This document shows, piece by piece, positions 27,445-32,000 of a DNA stretch of 32,000 nucleotides. A model generated the notes under the pieces. It was not told the DNA's origin and did no database searches. It saw nothing but the letters and a program-made list of their open reading frames with translations. A program made the translations under genes and the position numbers. Origin of the DNA: Nostoc sp. PCC 7120 = FACHB-418 (lineage in GTDB: Bacteria > Cyanobacteriota > Cyanobacteriia > Cyanobacteriales > Nostocaceae); the NCBI RefSeq assembly GCF_000009705.1, contig NC_003267.1, forward strand, positions 30,001 to 62,000. Reading direction: 5' to 3'. The number at the start of each line of letters is the position of its first letter. Positions within the stretch are counted from its first letter, which is position 1.

Positions 27445-27572
27445 CATATCCAATATATCCATCTTTGTATACTTGTTAGGTATATCACAATCTTATGTTT
27501 TATTAAGTAATAGATAAATAGATCCAATAGATCCAATAGATCCATTACATCCATTACATCCATTAGACGCTA
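27445..27572. repeat. 9-bp tandem repeat array (consensus TA[G/C]ATCCA[A/T]) between divergent RHH and ParM-like genes; candidate centromere/operator
   Basis: Positions 27511-27570 read tagataaa tagatccaa tagatccaa tagatccat tacatccat tacatccat tagacgc. Two related units, atatccaat and atatccatc, lie at 27445-27462. An inverted unit ggatgta lies at about 27586. Confidence 0.7.
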
Positions 27573-27786
27573 TACTGCATTGAGTGGATGTAAAACAATC
27601 AGACCATAATTGAATTGTAAAACTACGAAGTTGTCACTAATCCTGAAGTAAGCACAACTCTAAAGCGTCAGTGAGATTCTATTAGACGAGTTAGTACAAG
27701 TGAGACAAAATTTCACAACAACCGACATAGCCACCTAGAGAGGTTAGCAACAGCCAAAAAAGGCTGCTACTAGCTTTATTAGGAGA

Positions 27787-28725
27787 TTGCAAGTGATCAA
27801 TATTTACTGTGCAGATATCGGCAACTACAGCAGCATTACCGCCCTCAAAGGTGAAAAACCTCGCGTTATGCGCTCAGTCATCCAAGACGTAACTTACACC
27901 AGCGCCAGAGATTACGACAGTGACAACTCACCCTCTGTCAAACTTGATGATAAGGTTTTAGTCCTTGGAGACCGCGCCACGAAGCAGAAAAATTCACAAA
28001 CCGCCGCAGAAAGGGGTAAAGACCTGCCAGAATTCTTTAAACCATTTACTTTGGCTGGATTACGCCAAGATTTTGATGGTATTGTCCGGTTTCTTGTTCC
28101 AGAACATTCTCAATGGCATGAAGACACTATCAGACGAACTCTAGTTGCAGACCATCAAATCACTGTCAACGGCACAAACTACAGACACCGAATTAAAAAT
28201 GTTGAATTTTTCCTTGAGACTGATGTGGCTGTAGTTAATGCTTACAGGAACGGCAAGCTGGATATGGATGGTGACACACTCGCTATTGATATCGGCGGCG
28301 GTACAACTAATTATGTCGTCATCACTCCATCCTTGGACGTTCTCACCCGGCGTTCAATTCCGAAAGTGGGTGGTGTTTCTCTGGCTAACGACATCATCAA
28401 TAGTGATTTGATGCAGAGTTTCGCCAAGCGCGATAACGTTGCTTTTAAAGTGGCGAAGATGATGGATGCCATTGCTGATGCTTCTTTCATCTACGGGCGT
28501 AAGTATGACTTTAGCTCAGTCTTTCCAGGGTTGTTGGAAAACTGGTTTAACAACCTGATGGATAGCATTTCTACAGCTGCAAATGACTATCTCGCTGACA
28601 TTACCAACGTGATGCTGATTGGTGGATGTGCAAATTTAGTCCGTCAAAAACTGAGTTCTAAGCAAGGGTTTTACATTCCTGCCAATCCACAACTGTCAAA
28701 TATTCAAGCACTGTTGGCTATGTGA
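27787..28725 (+). CDS. parM: ParM-family actin-like segregation ATPase (cassette 2)
   Basis: Motifs IYCADIGNYSS (phosphate 1), LAIDIGGGTTNYVVI (phosphate 2) and VMLIGGCANLV (adenosine). The likely start is GTG 27793, 7 nt after AGGAG (27781-27785), rather than the track start TTG 27787. Confidence 0.75.
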   Translation: MQVINIYCADIGNYSSITALKGEKPRVMRSVIQDVTYTSARDYDSDNSPSVKLDDKVLVLGDRATKQKNSQTAAERGKDLPEFFKPFTLAGLRQDFDGIVRFLVPEHSQWHEDTIRRTLVADHQITVNGTNYRHRIKNVEFFLETDVAVVNAYRNGKLDMDGDTLAIDIGGGTTNYVVITPSLDVLTRRSIPKVGGVSLANDIINSDLMQSFAKRDNVAFKVAKMMDAIADASFIYGRKYDFSSVFPGLLENWFNNLMDSISTAANDYLADITNVMLIGGCANLVRQKLSSKQGFYIPANPQLSNIQALLAM

Positions 28726-28726
28726 A

Positions 28727-29137
28727 ATGCAAGTACGTTTAGCGGCTCAAGTCGCCAGCAAAGTTGAAGGAGTCCGTCTTTCACTTAACTATTCCAAACT
28801 GACTGACACTGTAAATCTGCTGTTGGATGCAATCAGACATCGATGGCATCTAAATCTGTCATTCTTGCCCCAAACTGGGACAATTAACCCCAAAGTCAGA
28901 CTAGATGAACGCCATCAAGCTTGGGTGTCTCAATATGCAATCGAGAGAGGAATTAGCGTCACATCTGCCACAAATCTCTTGATTAGTGAATATCTAGCAG
29001 GCAATACGATAAATGCTCTGCCTCAGATTCAAAAAATTGAAACAGAAAATATTGCATTAGCTCCACAAATATCTCAACCAGAACAAACGAACGAAAAACC
29101 GAAAGGTCAGCTATTAGTTAGGAGTCTTAAGTTATGA
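28727..29137 (+). CDS. Candidate ParR-like adaptor with RHH-like segment(s) (136 aa)
   Basis: It starts 1 nt after the ParM-like stop. KVRLDERHQAWVSQYAIERGISVTSATNLLISEYL fits a strand-helix-helix. A weaker N-terminal copy is VRLSLNYSKLTDTVNLLLDAI. Confidence 0.45.
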   Translation: MQVRLAAQVASKVEGVRLSLNYSKLTDTVNLLLDAIRHRWHLNLSFLPQTGTINPKVRLDERHQAWVSQYAIERGISVTSATNLLISEYLAGNTINALPQIQKIETENIALAPQISQPEQTNEKPKGQLLVRSLKL

Positions 29138-29295
29138 ATCAGACCCGTGTAGTCTTGGACGAGAAGCACATACCATTAGCCAAAGAAATCATTGAGCAAA
29201 CAGGAATCAATACATATTCACAACTATTCACCATCCTGTTAGTTAACTATGGTGATACTCTTGTTCGTTCTTTAAAAGGTGGGAGTGAAAGCTAA
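29134..29295 (+). CDS. Unlisted 53-aa RHH-like small protein
   Basis: My translation is MNQTRVVLDEKHIPLAKEIIEQTGINTYSQLFTILLVNYGDTLVRSLKGGSES. AGGAG lies 9 nt upstream. It has an ATGA overlap with the upstream stop and a TAATG overlap with the downstream start. Confidence 0.55.
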   Translation: MNQTRVVLDEKHIPLAKEIIEQTGINTYSQLFTILLVNYGDTLVRSLKGGSES

Positions 29296-29561
29296 TGCAA
29301 AATCTCACTCGCATTGATGACCCAGCATCACTGATTGAGTCTGGCGTTTATCAAATAGATAGAACTTTGTACCGATACATAGAAAAAATAGGCACGCTCA
29401 AAGCACCACAGTATATCTTCCGTCCTCTTGCTGGAGAGAAAAAGAAAGAGGATATCAAGTTGAATCACAAGGCTTTAAGTACTCGTTGTTATGCCGTAGA
29501 AGGCTTATCTGTAAACGGTTCTGTAGTCAATCAACAATCACAGCAGTTGTCATTATTTTGA
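29295..29561 (+). CDS. Hypothetical protein (88 aa)
   Basis: ORF track. GGGAG lies upstream and the gene is tightly coupled within the plus-strand operon. Confidence 0.5.
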   Translation: MQNLTRIDDPASLIESGVYQIDRTLYRYIEKIGTLKAPQYIFRPLAGEKKKEDIKLNHKALSTRCYAVEGLSVNGSVVNQQSQQLSLF

Positions 29562-29562
29562 G

Positions 29563-29760
29563 GTGAATATGAGTCGGCAATCGCTACCTCAATTAGTTGT
29601 CCAAGTCCAAGAATTGCTCACACAAATTCATCAGCATCCACAATACCAAGCTTTGGAATTTGATTGTGATCTCACTTTGGGTGACGTTAATCAGTTTTTC
29701 AATACTTTGCAATCGGAATGTGAAATTAAAGGCGATCGCTCTACTAACGCCAATCAGTAA
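29563..29760 (+). CDS. Hypothetical protein (65 aa; ATG at 29569 possible)
   Basis: ORF track. It starts 1 nt after the previous stop. Confidence 0.4.
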   Translation: MNMSRQSLPQLVVQVQELLTQIHQHPQYQALEFDCDLTLGDVNQFFNTLQSECEIKGDRSTNANQ

Positions 29761-29811
29761 TGCGAATCGCCAGCTAATAGCATCAGGTATCAATATAAAG
29801 GATCTTAGCAA

Positions 29812-30211
29812 GATGAGCGACAACATATTTTCTGTAGCCTTGAACGCGCTAACTAATAACGGATGCCCAGAGGGATTGGCTCAGTCAGCAGCATTTATTG
29901 TGGCTAATGATGATCCATTTCAACCAGACTTAGGCAGAACACCAGAGCAGCAGCAGATTATTCAAGAAGCACTGCCATACCTGCAATCTGGAGGAATTTA
30001 TGACCAATTTGAAACTATCGACTCAACGCCCAATCCTCTTACTCACGGACAATTTTTAGGAAATTTTGGGGGAGAACTACCGGACGAAACTATTTGGAGA
30101 CTTGCCCAAGGAGATGAGACAGCACTTTCTGATATTGCTGATGGTGGGACTAAACAGCAGGCTAGTGACATCTTTAACAGACTTAAGGAGCTAGGAGCAT
30201 GGGAACCATAG
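29812..30211 (+). CDS. Hypothetical acidic protein (133 aa from ATG 29812)
   Basis: The track ORF 29597..30211 overlaps the 65-aa ORF in another frame, and its first ~70 residues look non-coding. MSDNIFSVALNALTNNG from ATG 29812 is the plausible start. Confidence 0.5.
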
Positions 30212-30594
30212 AAGTAGTCATTAATTATATTTGTCTTAATGACGAAGCAAACGGCTTTTGTAGATATTCGCCTGAACTCACATCAAGGATTGAGATTGAT
30301 GATCCGTCTTGGGATGGGTACACACAACTAGGAGTTCGCCAACCAAAAAATGCTGTCTTGTTGGTCGGCAGAGGAGCAGGGGAGCAGGGGAGCAGAGGAG
30401 AGATTTGTACAAGTTTCCCCCCTGCCCCTCCGCACCTCTGCCCCTCTGCTTGCCACCACGCAAAGTTTGCGTGGCGAAGCACTAGCGATCGCCTCTCCTC
30501 TAGCTTGCCCTCTCCACACTCCTTTTTTCCGTGCCGACAACCACGAACGGTATTCTTTATATCTCTATGGCACTGCTATGAATTTGGAGTGTAA
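30199..30594 (+). CDS. Small hypothetical protein whose C-terminal ~75 residues are read through a repeat element
   Basis: A good AAGGAG lies 8 nt upstream of ATG 30199. The sequence is native-looking to about residue 56. The rest covers the G-rich element (30368-30453) and a Cys/His/Trp-rich tail. Confidence 0.4.
   Translation: MGTIEVVINYICLNDEANGFCRYSPELTSRIEIDDPSWDGYTQLGVRQPKNAVLLVGRGAGEQGSRGEICTSFPPAPPHLCPSACHHAKFAWRSTSDRLSSSLPSPHSFFPCRQPRTVFFISLWHCYEFGV
30368..30453. repeat. G-rich inverted-repeat element
   Basis: Left arm gcagaggagcaggggagcaggggagcagaggagag, loop atttgtacaagttt, right arm cccccctgcccctccgcacctctgcccctctgc. A perfect hairpin ccacgcaaa-g-tttgcgtgg follows at 30455-30473. 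Confidence 0.75.
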
Positions 30595-30597
30595 ACC

Positions 30598-31203
30598 ATG
30601 AACCGAACCGTAAAACTCAAACTGGATGCACCTGTCACCTATGCTGCTTTACAATCCTTAACCAACATCAGCCAAGAAACCATATTTCAAGCACTTGATG
30701 GCAACGAGACAGCTGCCGCAGAGGTAGCAGATTTCCGAATCAAACAAACTCAACGCGCCCAAAATGCCAAAGCTGTATTCGGCAACTTAAACCAAGGGTT
30801 ACAAGCAACTGAGGCAGTCATGGCTGAAGAAACCCAGTTTCTCACCACCGCAGGTGCAAGCATCAACAAAATGGCTGATGGTTGGTCAAAGGTCAGAGCC
30901 AGCGATGCGCGTTTGGGCTATGGACTACAGCAAAAAGTTATTGCATCTGATAACCAACTAGCCCAAGAACAGTTCCGGCATGGACGGACGCTTAACCTAT
31001 TGGGGGAATCTCACCGCGCCGCCCTTAGAGTGATTGAGATTGATGCAACAAAGGCACAATCTCAGGTTTGGCAGCAGGTAAAGGATAAACAGCTTGGTCT
31101 TTCAGGAGCAGACCTAGCCAAAGAAACACTCAAGGACATTCACAGACACGGTTCTAACGCCATGCGCTCTGTGAAAGGTTTCTTTAGACGCTTGATTGAC
31201 TAA
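30598..31203 (+). CDS. Hypothetical helical protein (201 aa)
   Basis: ORF track. Ala/Gln-rich and predicted helical. I recognised no motif. Confidence 0.55.
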   Translation: MNRTVKLKLDAPVTYAALQSLTNISQETIFQALDGNETAAAEVADFRIKQTQRAQNAKAVFGNLNQGLQATEAVMAEETQFLTTAGASINKMADGWSKVRASDARLGYGLQQKVIASDNQLAQEQFRHGRTLNLLGESHRAALRVIEIDATKAQSQVWQQVKDKQLGLSGADLAKETLKDIHRHGSNAMRSVKGFFRRLID

Positions 31204-31263
31204 CAAGTAAATTCCCAAGGATGAACCCTCAATACCGTTCAGCAAACAAATTTGCTCATGAGG

Positions 31264-31392
31264 GCAAGCAGGGGTGCAGGGGTGCAAGGGAGCAGAGGAG
31301 AAATCTTATACTAATTCTTCCCCTCTGCCCAATTCCTTCCCTCTACCTCTTCCTTCTCCTCTGCTCCTCTGCCCCCCCGCTCCTCTGCTGCC
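31264..31392. repeat. G-rich inverted-repeat element (intergenic copy)
   Basis: The left arm gcaggggtgcaggggtgcaagggagcagaggagaa, the loop atcttatactaa and a C/T-rich right arm. It shares a 45-nt identical core with 6261-6305. Confidence 0.75.
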
Positions 31393-31465
31393 GAGAGCGA
31401 AGAGATGTCTTCACCGAACGATATTTGGTTCATCCTTGGGAATCAATCTTTACAGGGTTTGGCCA

Positions 31466-32000
31466 ATGCTGACCAAAAATGAGAAAACACCTATTTACTT
31501 CAATGCTGAGATTGTTGATGAGTCGCCTACATCTTTAACCGGGGATGAATACGACTCTCAACTCTTACAACAGGCGATCGCCTCCACTGACAGTTCTATA
31601 ACTATATTTCGTGGCATTGCCCAAGGTGCAGTTTTAGCTGGTTTTCAACTGGTTTCAACCCAATCGCTGTATCTGGCTGGCTGTGTAGGACTGTTCCCGG
31701 CAGTAGTAGCTGGTTTACCAGTAGGTGCTTCAGTAGCTGCCACTCTCTGCTACTTGCGTTTTGAAAAAAGTCTGATTCCCAAAATTACCAATCGTCAAAA
31801 GTTGGCTATTGGTGTCACTCGTACTGCAATGCTGGCTGCTAGTTCTTACAAGTTAACCGGGGATGCCCAACAGATGGACTCTATAGCCCGTGGCAGTTTT
31901 CAAGTATTTACCCAGCAGGTGAGAGAGTTTGAAGGTATTGAGCAACCTAGTCAAAATCATTTCGGCTTCTTGTTGGGGTTTTGGGTATGTGCAGCCCTGG
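31466..32000 (+). CDS. Partial membrane protein (5' part, runs off the window end)
   Basis: My translation from ATG 31466 is stop-free to 32000. It reads MLTKNEKTPIYFNAEIVDES...GAVLAGFQLVSTQSLYLAGCVGLFPAVVAGLPVGASVAATLCY...LAIGVTRTAMLAASSY, with at least 2-3 hydrophobic segments. It is absent from the track because no stop codon is reached. Confidence 0.55.
   Translation, partial: MLTKNEKTPIYFNAEIVDESPTSLTGDEYDSQLLQQAIASTDSSITIFRGIAQGAVLAGFQLVSTQSLYLAGCVGLFPAVVAGLPVGASVAATLCYLRFEKSLIPKITNRQKLAIGVTRTAMLAASSYKLTGDAQQMDSIARGSFQVFTQQVREFEGIEQPSQNHFGFLLGFWVCAAL

Noticed and set aside
27511-27572. CRISPR array interpretation of the tandem repeats
   Set aside because: The units are 9 bp, directly abutting, with no spacers, and there are no cas genes. 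This is a protein-binding iteron-type array.
29597-29811. The 5' extension of track ORF 29597..30211
   Set aside because: It overlaps the 65-aa ORF in another frame and translates to an Ile/Leu/Asn/Cys-rich peptide. The internal ATG at 29812 begins the protein-like sequence.
30225-31472. Overlapping ORFs 30225..30482, 30278..30463, 30328..30540, 30350..30601 and 31221..31472
   Set aside because: All are generated by the stop-poor G/C-rich hairpin repeats on both strands. Several mutually exclusive frames cover the same ~100 nt.

Overview
The window reads as part of a conjugative plasmid from a filamentous (Nostocales-type) cyanobacterium. This call rests on gene content, 13 copies of the HIP1 octamer GCGATCGC, and several families of small hairpin repeats.

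Layout, left to right:
1. A minus-strand actin-like (ParM-type) partition operon with an upstream iterated-repeat region (1-2800). Its last gene appears to need a -1 frameshift at an A AAA AAG heptamer.
2. A plus-strand 1499-aa relaxase (3493-7992). It is clearly TrwC/TraI-like (MobF type) and is fused to a RecD-like helicase, a Toprim/DUF3854-like domain and a coiled-coil tail. Two G-rich inverted-repeat elements sit in-frame inside it.
3. A 14-kb minus-strand type IV secretion / mating-pair-formation operon (8272-22463). It encodes a VirB2-like pilin, a VirB3-VirB4 fusion, VirB6-, VirB8-, VirB10- and VirB9-like proteins, a VirD4-type coupling protein and several unassignable secreted or membrane proteins. 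It contains no HIP1 site and is bracketed by inverted copies of an AT-rich GAATTCAGAA-type repeat element.
4. A minus-strand 739-aa putative replication protein with primase-polymerase-like motifs (23578-25797), next to a 1.46-kb ORF-poor region that may hold the origin.
5. A second ParM-like cassette (27257-29295). It includes an unlisted 57-aa ribbon-helix-helix (RHH) gene, a 9-bp tandem repeat array and further small RHH-like ORFs, followed by hypothetical genes to the window end.

I found no rRNA, tRNA, CRISPR array or transposase. All functional calls come from motifs read by eye in the translations, and none is database-verified.
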